A stretch of DNA of 64,000 nucleotides from Octopus vulgaris (GCA_951406725.2 OX597827.1:46934001-46998000), one strand, 5' to 3'. Counted from the first letter of the stretch, positions 16,279 to 29,745 are shown. Notes: generated from the letters alone by a model not told the origin. Program-made: numbers and translations.

Positions 16279-16530
16279 AAGGCGCATGGCTGACTGGTTT
16301 GAGCTTTGGGCTCACAATCACAAGGTAGTGAGTTCGATTACTGGATAGGGCTGCGTGTTGTGTTCTTGAGCAAGTCACTTTATTTCACATTGCTCCAGTT
16401 CCCTCAGCTGTTAAAATGAGTTGCAGCACCACTGGTGCCAAGCTGTATCAGCCTTTGTCTTTCCCTTAGATAACCTCGATGGCGTGGAGTGGAAAGGCTG
16501 GTATGCATGGGCAACTGCTGGTCTTCCATA
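16279..16530 (+). mobile_element. tRNA-derived SINE, family R (CORE-like middle, tail Z)
   Basis: GAGTTCGATT B box; GTGTTCTTGAGCAAGTCACTT...CAGCTGTTAAAATGAG middle. Confidence 0.75.
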
Positions 16531-17034
16531 TATTTCTTAGTAGGAAGAGATGGTAAATGCAGGTGGTCACCATGAATAATTTTACATTGATGTATTTCTT
16601 TGTTAACTTTCACATCAATCAAAGTCAATAAACAACATGTAGACTTTAAAAATACATGAGATATAAAAGAAAAAAATCCTCGTAATGCTTATAAAATAAT
16701 AATAAAAAAAGAACAATTCTTTAAAAAGAATGATAAAATAACATGGCAAAAACATTCATTCACGTATTCTGAAAAGCCTGATAAATATATAAAAATAATT
16801 TTGAAAACAATTCGAAAATCTCACTGTTTTTCGAAACAGACGATTTAACATTTATCTTCAAAAGAATCACGCACGTAAACACAAATATATTGACATCTAC
16901 ATAATAAAAAAATAAAATAATTATTCTGAAAAAAAATGTATTTAACAAGCAAAAAACATCTATTGCTGTCAAACCTGGAGGACTAAGAAATATACCAAAA
17001 GTGTGCTTGGTAACACACCAAATGTGTCTGTCTG

Positions 17035-17117
<83 letters not shown>

Positions 17118-17490
17118 GTTTGTCTGTCTGTTTGTCTGTTTGTCTGTCTGTCTCTCTGTCTGTTTATCTATCTATCTATCTATCTATTTATGTATTTATT
17201 TATCTATATATCTATCTATCTATCTACCACTTAAAAAAGGTGAGAATCTATCTATCTGTTTGTTTGTCTGTCTGCCTGTCTGTTTATCTATCTATCTATC
17301 TATCTATTTATCTATCTATCTACCACTTAAAAAAGGTGAGAATCTATCTATGTCTGTCTGGCTGTCTGTTTGTCTGTCTGTCACTCTGTTTATCTATCTA
17401 TCTCTATTTATGTATTTATTTATCTATCTATTTATCTATCTATCTTTCTATCTATTTATCTGTCTGTCTGTCTGTCTGTATGTATGTCTG

Positions 17491-17523
<33 letters not shown>

Positions 17524-17691
17524 TTTTTTTGTTTCTTTTGTTTTTTTTTCACCCCCCAAAAGAAAAGCTCTACCTTGTAACTTGTCCCATCTGTGTGCAT
17601 CCCTGTGTGGCCAATAAAGAAACTTATCTATCTATCTATCTATTTATCTATCTACCACTTAAAAAAGGTGAGAATAGAGAGGCAAGTTTTG

Positions 17692-18344
17692 TATTGGGTT
17701 GAGAAATGGATTATCTACCGAAATGTTCAGAGAAAGCGATCCTGGAGTAAGCGACATGAGCAACCCTTAGCCACCCCAAAAGCGGGGCTTCACCCTAAAA
17801 AAGTCTTGCTTTGTGTCTGGTGGGATTGGAAAGGAATTCTGTACTATGAGCTTCTCCCAGCTAACCAGACAATTAATTCTGAGAAATACTGCACACAACT
17901 GGAAGGGTTAAAAGCAGCAATTCAAGAGAAACGTCCAGATTTGGCCAACAGGAATGGTATTATTTTCCAAAATGATAATGCAAGACCGCACATTTGTTTG
18001 GGAACCAGAAAAAATTGCTGCAGCTTGGCTGCGATGTGTTACCGCCACCTTCCATATTCACCAGATATTGCTCCTTCGGATTTCCACTTATTTAGGTCTC
18101 TGCAGAATAGTCTTAATGGTAAAAATTTCAATTCCTTGGATGACGTAAAAAGATACCTTGATGAATTCTTTGCTGTGGAACCACCTCATTCTGGGAAGAG
18201 GGTATTTTCAAGTTAAAGGAAAGATGGAGACGCATTGTGCAACAAAATGGTTCATATTTGGTTGATTAAAAATGTAATGGCAAGTATTTATTGACGCTTT
18301 TCTTTGCTTTAAAAATCGGCATGAACTTTTCAGACAACCCAATA
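17692..18344 (+). mobile_element. Internally deleted mariner transposon (catalytic-domain pseudogene)
   Basis: EKWIIY...LHPKKVLLCVWWDWKGILYYELL...QNDNARPH...YSPDIAPSDFHLF; 3' TIR ...CAGACAACCCAATA; frameshifted. Confidence 0.95.
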
Positions 18345-18366
18345 TATAATAAATTATGTAGTTATG

Positions 18367-18460
<94 letters not shown>

Positions 18461-18601
18461 TGTATATATGAGAGTTATTGGTATCTAGCAGACCCAAAGA
18501 ATGGCAAGTAGCGCTAAGTAAGTGCTATGGACAGACCGTAGTTAAACTCATGGTTCGATAGTGATACGAGTAAGGAATCTAATGTGGGTCTTGTATTAGC
18601 A

Positions 18602-18632
<31 letters not shown>

Positions 18633-18649
18633 GACAAAATGAGATTACG

Positions 18650-18799
18650 AAGCCAAGGGTGTGAGAAGTTTTCAGGACACTTATTAGGAAAAAGATATAT
18701 AGTCTTACAGCTGTTTCTAGGATATTATAGATATCCCTAAGACTATATCTATATCTTTTTCCTAATAAATGTCCTGAAAACTCCCCACAGCCTTGGCTT
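18650..18799. repeat. Inverted repeat (~58-bp arms) enclosing the 3' half of a hammerhead
   Basis: Arms 18650-18707 and 18738-18799; minus strand of the spacer reads GGGATAT-CTATA-ATATCCT A GAAA CAGCTG TA AGACT. Confidence 0.8.
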
Positions 18800-18800
18800 A

Positions 18801-19497
18801 TCTATATATATATAAAACTCAACTTGTGTGTCTGTGTGTGTATCTCTGTGTGTGTGTGTCTGTGTGTTTAACTTCCCGGCACACCTCCTCCAAGCCAACA
18901 AATCGTAGAACCACCAAAAATGGGTCATTTAAAGTTTAGGCGAATGAAAATTGAACTGCGCTATTTCTGTTCCGAAATTCATCTCACAAGTGCAAAAATC
19001 GATAATGTGTTTGTTTAGGCCTTATCCCATGCATTGAATAGTGAACTTTACTCAGTCAGCTGTTTGACGTGAACTGTGTTCACCACGCGTGCAAGCATGC
19101 GTAAATTGCATGAAAAATAAAAAAATCAACATATAAAAAAGAATCACCGTAAACATTGTAGAAATTCGGCAAAGAAATGAATTTTGGGGATGTAGCCTGG
19201 AGGGTTTATTGGTATTAATCGTTTGGACTTTGTGAACACATACCAATTGTTTTCATAACATTTTTAACGCTTTGAATTAAATGTGACCATTTTGCGTTGA
19301 GTCTGCAGTTTGAATCACTTTAACAAAATTTTAGCAGGCCGGATTTTTGATCATCACGCTACATCGCCAGCGACTCCCTGAAAGTCTCCCCTGAAATCCC
19401 CGTTGAGAAATCTATTATATATATAATAATACTTTGAATATGACTCCTGAGAAAGAGTAAAAGTAATTATCCGATGAACGACGGGTATAACTGCTAG
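18801..19497 (+). mobile_element. Non-autonomous Helitron
   Basis: A^TC start with TCTATATATATATAAAA and a GTCT/GT tract; ATCCG...CGGGT hairpin at ~19469-19486; CTAG^T end; no TSD. Confidence 0.75.
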
Positions 19498-19991
19498 TAT
19501 ATATATAATCTATAAAAAGTCAGGAGGTGTGAGAGAACTTACACTAATACAAACATGTAAACATGATTTATCATACACTGAAATTATTATTACATGAGGA
19601 ATGCTGCGAATCGGCCATACACCTATGGTTGTCAAGTCGTTAAATGTATATATTCACCTCTCATAATCCTGATTTCTTATGGTTTATATACTCCAAACGA
19701 ATTATTCACATGGCTCGGATATTCTGAATTTCACCTGCATCGAACGCCGCATTATACTCCTCTGTATTAAATGGTATGTTAGCCGAGTCCAGTAGAGGAA
19801 ATTTCTGTGATAGCCTTACAACTGTACGACACCATAGAGTACATTACAATTTATGTGTTTGTGTGTGTGTGTGTGTGTTTATATATATATACATATACAT
19901 ACTTAGAAATACACACACATAGATAAGTAGATGGCCTAATGGAAATGTCCTAGGATGTACGTAGTTCGAAAACGTGATCTGCTTGGAAATA

Positions 19992-20061
<70 letters not shown>

Positions 20062-20079
20062 TATATATGTGTATGTATC

Positions 20080-20111
<32 letters not shown>

Positions 20112-20231
20112 AGATAGAGAGAGAGAGAGAGGGAGAGAGAGGGAGAGAGGGAGAGAGGGAGAGAGAGGGAGAGAGGGAGAGAGAGGGAGAGAGGGAGAGA
20201 GAGAGAGATCGTGTGTGCATATTATATATAT

Positions 20232-20385
20232 ACTCTCCCTCTGTTTATTTCTTCGTGTTCCTTTCTGGTGGAGAACGTAGGCTCGAAACGTAAAAGTTTT
20301 CTTACCTTTCCGAGCGTCAAAGTAATACAGCTGCTTGTTGTCTATACACCAGTCTAAGTTTTTTGGTTTTCTATAAATTTCAACT
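20232..20385 (+). mobile_element. Dispersed repeat family C
   Basis: Reverse complement of the 2053/2474 copies. Confidence 0.6.
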
Positions 20386-20401
20386 ATACATATATATATA
20401 A

Positions 20402-20540
20402 GCGTGGCTGTGTGGCAAGGAATTTGCTTCTCAACCACATTGTTGCAGTGTGTTATCTCTGGCAATTGTCTTCTACTATATCGTCGGGCCGACCAAAGCC
20501 TTTTCAGTGGATTTGATTGACGGATATAGGAAGAAGCCCG

Positions 20541-20545
<5 letters not shown>
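20402..20545 (+). mobile_element. SINE family B, 5' part
   Basis: GTGGCTGTGTGG head to GAAGAAGCCCGTCG+(TA)n. Confidence 0.75.
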
Positions 20546-20596
<51 letters not shown>

Positions 20597-20779
20597 TGAG
20601 TATAATTATAATTAGGGTTCAGCAAAAAAATTTGCTTCACCACACCGAAATTTAGAAATAGCAGCCAAGCAAACTAGCTATTTCTCTACCATAAGAAAAT
20701 CTCCCAGATAACATATACTCAAAAACAATCCATGTAGGCAAAGAGGAAAAACAACTAATTTACCCGGCATTTAATTAAC

Positions 20780-20860
20780 TGTGGACGCGTTTCGGAGTTA
20801 GATAGGTATGAAAAATGCAAAAACCTCATTTTCATTCTATCATTCTCGCTCTTCAGCACA
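20780..20860 (-). ncRNA. Minimal type I hammerhead ribozyme with long stem II
   Basis: TGTG CTGAAGA [long imperfect hairpin] GAAA CGCG TC CACA: full core, palindromic stem III ACGCGT, GUC site, 4-bp stem I. Confidence 0.75.
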
Positions 20861-21104
20861 ATATTTCAAGATTTTAAATTTGAGAGCACTGAAAAAATTG
20901 AACATACCTATCTGATTCAAGCGTCATCAGACAAACTATATTCAATGACCAGTACCTACGAATTCAAAACGTACGAATGAGATCCCGTATTCCCCCTCAC
21001 CTACCCAGGTGTGTTAGTGAGCAAAAATTCTACAGAAAAAACTAGTTTATTACCAGGGAGAGAATTATACAAGATCTCATTCATATGTTTTGGATTCGTT
21101 GGTA

Positions 21105-21183
<79 letters not shown>

Positions 21184-21287
21184 CCTGTCTGTCTGTCTGT
21201 CTGTCTGTCTATTTCTCTCTTCCTCTATCAGTCTGGTTGTCTATGTATTTATATGTCCAATTTTTATATACAAATACACAAATACAC

Positions 21288-21323
<36 letters not shown>

Positions 21324-21750
21324 TCACTCACATACACAGACAAACGAGAGAGCACGCTTATACACACATACTTGTGTGTATAAATATATTAGCACGTACA
21401 TCTTATAGTCATAGTACATATATTCAGACATTCGGACATGCAAACATAAATGTGCGCGCACACACACACATGTGTAAGCTCAGGCACGAGTGCACACGCA
21501 CACATACACGCACGCAACCTCAGCAATATATATATAGTCAGACGTACACCATTATACTTGCACATTCGCACGGACACATACCTCATTCACACAAGTACAC
21601 GGATTACAAATGGCGATATGCTTTGTCTAGAACGATTTACAGGAGCTGAGCTGATCTGTTAAAATGTTCGTTCATTAGACGAACATTTAAATAGCAGTTG
21701 GTCAATATAACTTAGAGAGAAACAGCCAAAATAAGAGAGAGACAGACAGG

Positions 21751-21781
<31 letters not shown>

Positions 21782-22261
21782 CAATGGAAGGAAGAGTGTA
21801 TATGAGAGAGAGAGAAACAGAGAGTGTGGTTGGAATGTGTGAGGATGTGGGAAGCGCGGTAGTTAATGACTTCGTAAGGAGATTTCTGATGTCAGAAATG
21901 AAATATCAAGCAATATACAGACTTTCATGTCACTCGCTATTTGAGTAAATCTCCTTGAAAGCTATTATCTCGTCGTCATCGCCGTAATAGTCATCGTCGT
22001 GTCCATCGTTGTTAACCGACATCGTTGTTGATGTTTAACCCAACATCAACTGTACTCGGCGGGATCTATACTCAATGACATTCCCTCCGTGATCAAGCCT
22101 TCTTATTTTGTATGTTTTACACGTCACCGGCCAAATTTTCCTTTCTGTTCTTTTAGAGTGGCAGTTGAAGGGAGGTTTGACTGCTATTTCTAGCCGTAAC
22201 CAACATTTTGGATTCTCCATACAGTATCTAGGAATACATGTCTAATGTGCTCTTCTTTGTG

Positions 22262-22420
22262 CAGGAGTGGCTGTGTGGTAAGAAGTTTGTTTCCCAGCCA
22301 CATAGTTCCGGGTTCAGTCCCACTGCGTGACCTCTTGGGCTGATGGCCTCTTCTATAGACACGAACCGATTGTAAAGCCTTGTGAGTAGATTTGGTGGAC
22401 GGAAATTGAAAGAAGCTTCA
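22262..22420 (+). mobile_element. SINE family B, 5' part
   Basis: CAGGAGTGGCTGTGTGGTAAGAAG...GGGTTCAGTCCC. Confidence 0.8.
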
Positions 22421-22439
22421 CTTATATTCTTTTCTTCTT

Positions 22440-22631
22440 TTTTCACTTGTTTCAGTCATTTGACTGCGGCCATGGTGGAGCGCCGACTTTACTCGAGTAA
22501 ATCGATCCCAGCACTTATTCTTTGTAAGCCTAGTACTTATTCTATCTATCTCTCTTGCTGAACCTCTAAGTTACGTGGCCGTAAACACACCAACATCGGT
22601 TGTCAAGCGATGGTGAGGGGGACTAAACATA

Positions 22632-22672
<41 letters not shown>

Positions 22673-22843
22673 ACATATATATATATATACGACGGGCTTC
22701 TTTCACTTTCCGTCTACCAAATCGACTCACAAGGCTTTGATCGGCCCGAGTCTATAGTAGAAGACACTTGCCCAAAGTGCCACGCGGTGAGACTGAACTC
22801 AGAACCATGTGGTTGGTAAGCAAGCTACTTACCACACAGCCTA
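22440..22843 (-). mobile_element. SINE family B, near full length with internal (CA)/(TA) microsatellite
   Basis: Colinear with 37632-38028 and 54795-55165. Confidence 0.85.
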
Positions 22844-23999
22844 CACACACACACAGACACACACACATACAGATCCGCAATCATGTGCGTGCCTTTGTAT
22901 ATGTGTTTTCTCCCCATCATTGCTTGACAACCTGTGTTGGTTTGTTTACGTCTTCGAAGCTTAAGCCGTTCTGCAACAGTGATCAGTAGACTAAGTACCA
23001 GGGCTTAAAACATGAATACTGATGTTGGTTCATTCGACTAAAAGTCCTTCCGCATGGCTGCAGTCTAATAATCATGCTCTCCTGTATTTCAAACATACTT
23101 TATTTATTGTAGCTAGAAGTACATTATTAAATAATTACGATTCTGTTCTGCATAAAGTAATATGATGGGTATTTGACTACTAATTCTAGAAAGCTGTATG
23201 ACCAGGCAGCTGCTTCCTTGATTGACTCCTGTTGATGTTGTTGTTTGCTTGCGTTGTTGTTATATTTAGTGGTGGTTTGCTCTGTTGTTGCATTTAAAAA
23301 CCTGTCCATAAGATAATCAATGACAGCGATTTTAAGAACGAGAATGAAGCAAAAACACAATTCTTTCCCTTTCCATATTTTATTCCCTATTTCAAAATGT
23401 ATTGAAGAAAAAAATTGCAAGACTTGCAGTTCTTGATTGCTTTAGATTTAATTCCATTGCCACAAGGCAGTTTCTTCAAGTTTAACTAAAACGAAATATA
23501 AGTACCCTCCAACAACAGAATATTCTGTCAGAAAAATGTTAAACAGCTTCTATGAAAAAAAAAAAAAAGTCTGAATTAAATGCACATTTTAGAAAACTTG
23601 GTTCTTCAAATCCGATGTTGATGAATACGCCTATCCAAAATTTTAGATACATGAATATTAATATGTGTCGCAAAGAGAACCATTGGTTCTTGGGATAATT
23701 AAAATCTTTGGGGAGTCTTGAGGGCACCAAAACATTGAAATTGGGATAAAGGTAATTAGTTTCGTCCTTGACTTCGTTATACGCATATTGGGGTGTACAG
23801 CCAAAAGTGCACCAGTTATGGCGAAATAAAAAAAAAGAGTTTTCCCTAGCATCAGCAATGTCTACGTTATTCAAGCCACTTATTTATTCAGTGTTGTACA
23901 AGTGGTCTTCATGAAATGGATAATGAAGAATCAACGGATAAAAACGAAGCAGGTGAAGGCGTTGCAGCTATTAAAGCTGTGTCTCTGATGAAGTTTCAA

Positions 24000-24176
24000 A
24001 CGAATCTTAAAAAATGTTGACTCAAATTAAGAATTAAAACGCCTCGTATCAAATATCAAGCAGCTAAAACTTCAAGAGCAATTAAAATGAATCTTAAGAC
24101 GATGATGACTCAAATTAAGAATGAAAATGTCCGTTATTAAATATCAAGCAGTTACAACTTTTAGAGCAATTAAAAT
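24000..24176. repeat. Two diverged ~88-bp tandem copies
   Basis: GAATCTTAA...TGACTCAAATTAAGAAT...AAATATCAAGCAG...AGAGCAATTAAAA occurs twice. Confidence 0.8.
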
Positions 24177-25599
24177 TGGCAGAACCTTTAGACGGTTAGT
24201 AAAAATGGTACGCGGTATTTGTTCCGACTCTCTGCAATTTGAGTTCAAATCACTCGGTAGTCAACTTTGCCTTCTATCGCCTCGGGGTTCATAAAAAAGT
24301 ACCAATCCAAGATGATAACTTGGCTCTTTGCATTGTTACTTCAAATCCTGTCAAGGCCTATTTTGGTCGTACACTTAACCCGTAACATGGTTGAACGTCG
24401 TTACTTGAACCCTTTGGCGTCTTTAGCAGAGTCCGCTCTTTACAAGTACTCGGGCTTGGTTTCAAGTTTGAGAATACCCTTCTTTCTCTTACCTATCAAT
24501 AAAAGAGGTCCTGTAACCAGTAAGAGGTACCGCTTTCCCAACTTCAAGATAACGAACTGTTTAAACGCAGCTTCAAGATACCAAACTATAAAAGATAGCT
24601 TTTTTGTTGTAATAAAGAATGTGTGTAAAATTTGTCGAATTTTGGTGGAAGCCGACTTTGAAAAACATAAAATTATAAGATTTTGTTAAGAACCGATTTA
24701 GCAGTAAAGATGTTAAACACATCATGGAATGCAAGACGAAATGGAACAACCTGGCAAGAACGATAAAAAGTGTTTTGAAATTGAAACAATGTAGCCCTTA
24801 CGTATCAAAAGTAATTCGATCCAAGACAACGTTTTGGCCGTTCCCTTCAAAATTTATGACCTTGTGCCAAAATCATTATTAAACACTACACACACATTAC
24901 ATTGAGTATTGTCATTATAAAAATACAAACAATAAAACAAGACAAAATACTGCTCGTCCCAAGGATCGAAGAGAGCTGTGCTAAGAAATGCAATCAGAAA
25001 AAAAACTAAAATACAAAACAAGACTGTTAAAAAGGAATTATTTTCTCTGATTTTTGCATAAAGCCAGCGTTTCTGAGAAGAGATGGGTTAGTCGATACCA
25101 TCGACCTAAATACTTGAGAGATACTTTATTTTATCAGTCCCGCCGAGGGGATTACAGGTGTGTAAGGAATATGTACAGATACATTTTTTCGACATTTTGA
25201 CTTGTAAAAGAAATGTTAACGATAGAAGCTGTAATGATTAATTTTGGGTAGGGCTTCATAGAACAGAGTACAGTAATTTAGGCCGTTGGAATATTATCGT
25301 AGGAATACTATTTGAGATAGAATATGCTTAAGGTAAAGTACATGGTCCAGTAGAACCATTTTGTTAGGGACGGCAAGGATACTGAAAGTATTACACTAGC
25401 ACAGAAAAACCACACATTATTTAGAGCTGAAGTGCGGTGGGAAATAGGTGAGTTGGGTTATGGATTTGGGTTAGACTGTAAGGCTTGGATGGCTGTGCAT
25501 TTGTGTTTGAATCGCCCTCACTTCATGATTTACAAGAGTTTTATCGAGCCAAGATAGAAAAGACAGGCGAATATAACTCCGTTGAGAGTTGAACGTATA

Positions 25600-25740
25600 T
25601 TTTGATAAAGTAATTAAATATTGCATGATAGTATGGTTCAGCGTCTGAGGCCACCTTTCTGTCAGGTCTTTGATCCCACACTGATAGAATTTCTTATCTT
25701 TCGAGCCGAAGAACTTCTTCACTGAATTTTCCATCTCCTC
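25600..25740 (-). mobile_element. Mariner transposase C-terminal fragment
   Basis: VKKFFGSKDKKFYQCGIKDLTERW matches the mariner FF.SK...FY..GI..L..RW motif. Confidence 0.75.
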
Positions 25741-27363
25741 TAGATTGATGAAGCGTCGAGAACCGAATTAAAATCAGAAAGCAAATATGGTACCAAAATA
25801 TTGCAAAGATTTTGACTTAATACAATAATTAGAGCCAAAGACTTGCTCCTAAACCTTTTTCTTGAACAGCTAGATTCCATAACCGTGAACGAGCAGTGCA
25901 TTGACAGAAAGGTTGTTGCTTCGAACAAAATAACTAACGGTATTTGTTTGACCGTTTATGTTCTGAATTCTAATCCCACAGAGGATCAACTTTGCTTTTC
26001 GTCCTTCTGTTATCGTTATGAAATATAGCAGTAGATTCCCACTGAGATTAGTATAATCGATGCTCTCCTTCCCTCGATCAGAGATTTTTGTTCCTTTGTA
26101 AGAAATGAATAATATAGTTAATGGTTTTATCAAAGGCACAAGGTCAAACATATGAAGTAGATTATAATATTGATATCAATCCCCACCACGGTTTTGGTTG
26201 GTTCTCTGCTTTATCGTTTTATCGGCTTTGGAAAGACGGGTGGCCAAAGCTGGCGTCTGTTATTTTTGAACCAAGATAATAAAATGAAATGATTAAATAC
26301 CGGAGGCAAGTATTTCATCAAACATTCCACCAAATCATTAACTTCACTGCCCTGATAATACTGATTTCTAAGACTGGAACACAGACAGAAAAGTTAGAGA
26401 AGGGTTTAAGCTTACCGTGTCAATCCGAGAACTTGTTTCGAACTTATTTTATCGACCCCGCCGGAAGAAAAAAAGTAAAGCTGATATGGAGGGAATTCGA
26501 GCACGCTTTGATATTATTATTGATAGCAAAAAATAATGATTGACGATGCAACAGATCACGTAACTGAACCGTATTACATTTAATACAACTTGGTAATATA
26601 TTATGGAAAATATTTTATTACTAAACATTAGTAACGCATTACTACCACCATAAGCAAATGTATTCATTACTTTTACCGGTGGAATACTTTCTCTCTCTTT
26701 CTCTCTTTCTGTCACTTTAATGTCTTGGTCGACGGACAGAAATATTTTCGCTTTCTGTGACCTGTTATGTCTATAAAATAGATATTTAATTCAGAAATCA
26801 AGTGGTTGTCATATCATTTCGGAATTAATGATAACGAGATCTAAAATAAAAATATAAAAAATAATAAAAAAAGAATTAAAAAAAATAAATAAAATACGAA
26901 TGAAAAGAATGTTAGAAAGATCATAGATCCTCGGTATGTATCTAAACAGAAATCATGTAATACAATCACACACACACACACACGCTCAAGCACACACGCC
27001 GTGCCCGCCATACACATGCGCAGAAACTCTCGATATATATATGTGTGTGTGTGTGTGTATGTGTGTATCTATCTATATATATATATATATATATATCTAT
27101 ATCTATATATATATATTAAAAAAATTAACAAAAACAGCAAGAACCTAAAGCCAGACCTTTATTGTATATATACAGAATAGAAATCAGATAGACATGTAAT
27201 TTAAAAGGTGAAAATAGTAAATTCAGTAGACTGTAAATGCTACTGGGTATGTGATTTATGCGTGCAGTGTCATAACATCACAAGCGAAAAACTGTAGCAG
27301 AAACTATTGCAATGTTATCAAGACAGCAGAATCAACTTCTAATGAATAATAACAACAACAACA

Positions 27364-27398
<35 letters not shown>

Positions 27399-27438
27399 AA
27401 TAATAATAATAATAATAATAGTAGTAGTAGTAGTAGTA

Positions 27439-27489
<51 letters not shown>

Positions 27490-28370
27490 GTAATAGTAAC
27501 AGTAATAATAAGGATGGAAGTGTCACAAACTTGCAATATAAAAAATCGTTAAATCAAGGTCAAAGATAATACATAATTTTTCAACCATTCGTAGAAATCA
27601 CCATGTGGCCATTTATCAACGTTGTGTGACTATGTCGAACAAAATATAAGTATTCGTAGAAAAGTTTTCTTTTTTTTTTGTTTTTTGTTTTTCATCAACA
27701 CCGCTTCAAAAATGTGTTGCTATGGTTAAGTCTGGGACTGGGATAACAATGCATTTAACAAATTATAATTCTTCAAAAGTTAAACGTACAAGAGGTAGTC
27801 AGGGTTGTTTTGAATGAAGGTAGGAAACATTTACAACTTTGAGAATAAAGAAACAAAGTAATGTGAAGAGCTTGTAACAAGGCAAAGAGAAAATCGATAA
27901 TTTATTAACTTTTACAATGAAATGATTGACAGTGATTTCGAAGTTTCGATTTGCTTGCCTTCATCAGACTATGGTTTACTTTGGTTTCTATCTGGCCTTA
28001 TATATTCTTTGGCAAGTTGTTTTTGTGGTAGGTAGAGTAATGTGAAGGATAATGATAGTTATATATATTATAGGTGGGCTGGGGAAGTAGCTGTATAGGA
28101 AGGGATAAATAGAGAAGGAAAAAATATGTTTGTAGGATGTATATTGAAAGAACGAAACAGTGAGGAGGTTATTTTGGTTTGATGCGGGAATTTTGTGATA
28201 GTTTAGGTTTTAGTAGACGTTGAATCAAAGGAGTAAACAGATGTATCATATTGAAGTCACGATATTCTTTATATATCGGGTTAGTTATTAGTGTATTGCA
28301 GGGTTCACAATAGTTTAGTAATTCTTAATATTTTCAATAATGAAATAAAAGCAGCGCTACTGTTGTAAAC

Positions 28371-28709
28371 AATATCGACCGCACATACTCAATGTGCGTA
28401 TTCTGTTTGTTCGAATCGCTAGTCTATGAGTATCTATAAACAGTGTAAGAACTATTTGCTGATATGCCACCGACGATTGGATTCGTTCCCGGTTTGATTC
28501 AGATACGTAATGTTGACGAGCCACAAAAAAAGCGAAATATCGGCATCCATTAGTCCTCAGTTCAATTAGAGGTGCGTTGTCTTGCTTATCTATGAATTTC
28601 AGTGTTTGAACACCCAGCGTTATGAGAGAGGCGTCGTCAACCAAGCGCCATGCCGCAACGAACAGGCGAAAAACCAAGACACATACATTGAATATGTGCG
28701 GTCGATATT
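28371..28709. repeat. Segment bounded by inverted repeats (MITE-like)
   Basis: AATATCGACCGCACATA(C/T)TCAATGT at 28371-28395 and inverted at 28685-28709 (24/25 match). Confidence 0.7.
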
Positions 28710-28824
28710 CTTTATATTTTGCTTGAATCAAACGTCTAAAGAAAAAAGAATTATCAAAAAATTATTGGCGAACATTAGCCGACCTAAATTACTTGCAAAT
28801 ACATCAACGCAGTACCGATTATAT

Positions 28825-28912
28825 ATACCGTTTCGGCTGGTATACCCTCCAGCCTTCTTCAGGTATCTTGGGGAAATTTCGAGCCTGGGTTTTCATTCCT
28901 AAGGTATTTTTC
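28825..28912 (-). mobile_element. Repeat family D with degenerate hammerhead-like motif
   Basis: ATAC CTGAAGA A GGCTGG-AGGGTATA-CCAGCC GAAA CG GTAT; homologous to 54460-54590. Confidence 0.55.
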
Positions 28913-28914
28913 GA

Positions 28915-28978
<64 letters not shown>

Positions 28979-29075
28979 CATAATACATACATATGTATTT
29001 ATATATGTATATATACGTGCGTGTATATATATATTTAAATATATCTATCTATATGTACGTATATGTCTCTCTCTA

Positions 29076-29124
<49 letters not shown>

Positions 29125-29630
29125 ATATTTCGGAATGGTCATTTTGCCAGTTTAGCCAATAAAAACACACGCACTATATATTTGGTGTTATTTTGCTTCA
29201 GTGTTATTTATTTTATTGGCTAAAAAGGATACTAAAAAGTACATATAAACTTAGAGAAGGATAACGTCTGAAGAAAACAAGGTCGGATGGTCACTACTGG
29301 AATGCCTTTGAGCTGACTTGGGGGCTAGACAACAACAACAAAAAGAATGCACCAACTGTTAAAAGCCTAATGTCAGACTAGTTCTGCGGGAGCATAAATT
29401 ATGATGTTTGGGATGAAGAAATAGGCTATTGCTCTGGAAGGAGCAAGGCATTAGACAAAATGCCTTATTTATAGGTCTTAGTTTCATCCCTCTGTGTTTC
29501 GGGTTCAAATTTTACCTGGGATAACCTTTGCCTTTAAATCTCTCTAGGGTTTATACCATTCCGAAATATAACAATATCTGTTTCAACACACAACTTCACG
29601 TAAAAAATCTTGCACAACAAATATTTAAAC

Positions 29631-29718
<88 letters not shown>

Positions 29719-29745
29719 ATATGTTTATATATATATATATATATA

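Noticed and set aside
17221-17675. TATCTACCACTTAAAAAAGGTGAGAAT three times within (TATC)n
   Set aside because: Best explained by slippage duplication of microsatellite plus flank
23460-24000. Complex, possibly coding-derived sequence
   Set aside because: Plus frames have stops and the minus-strand ORFs show no recognisable motif
24490-24590. Possible minus-strand exon (TTTTATAG...AG/GTAAGA with an open frame)
   Set aside because: No recognisable protein and no partner exons; would need RNA-seq
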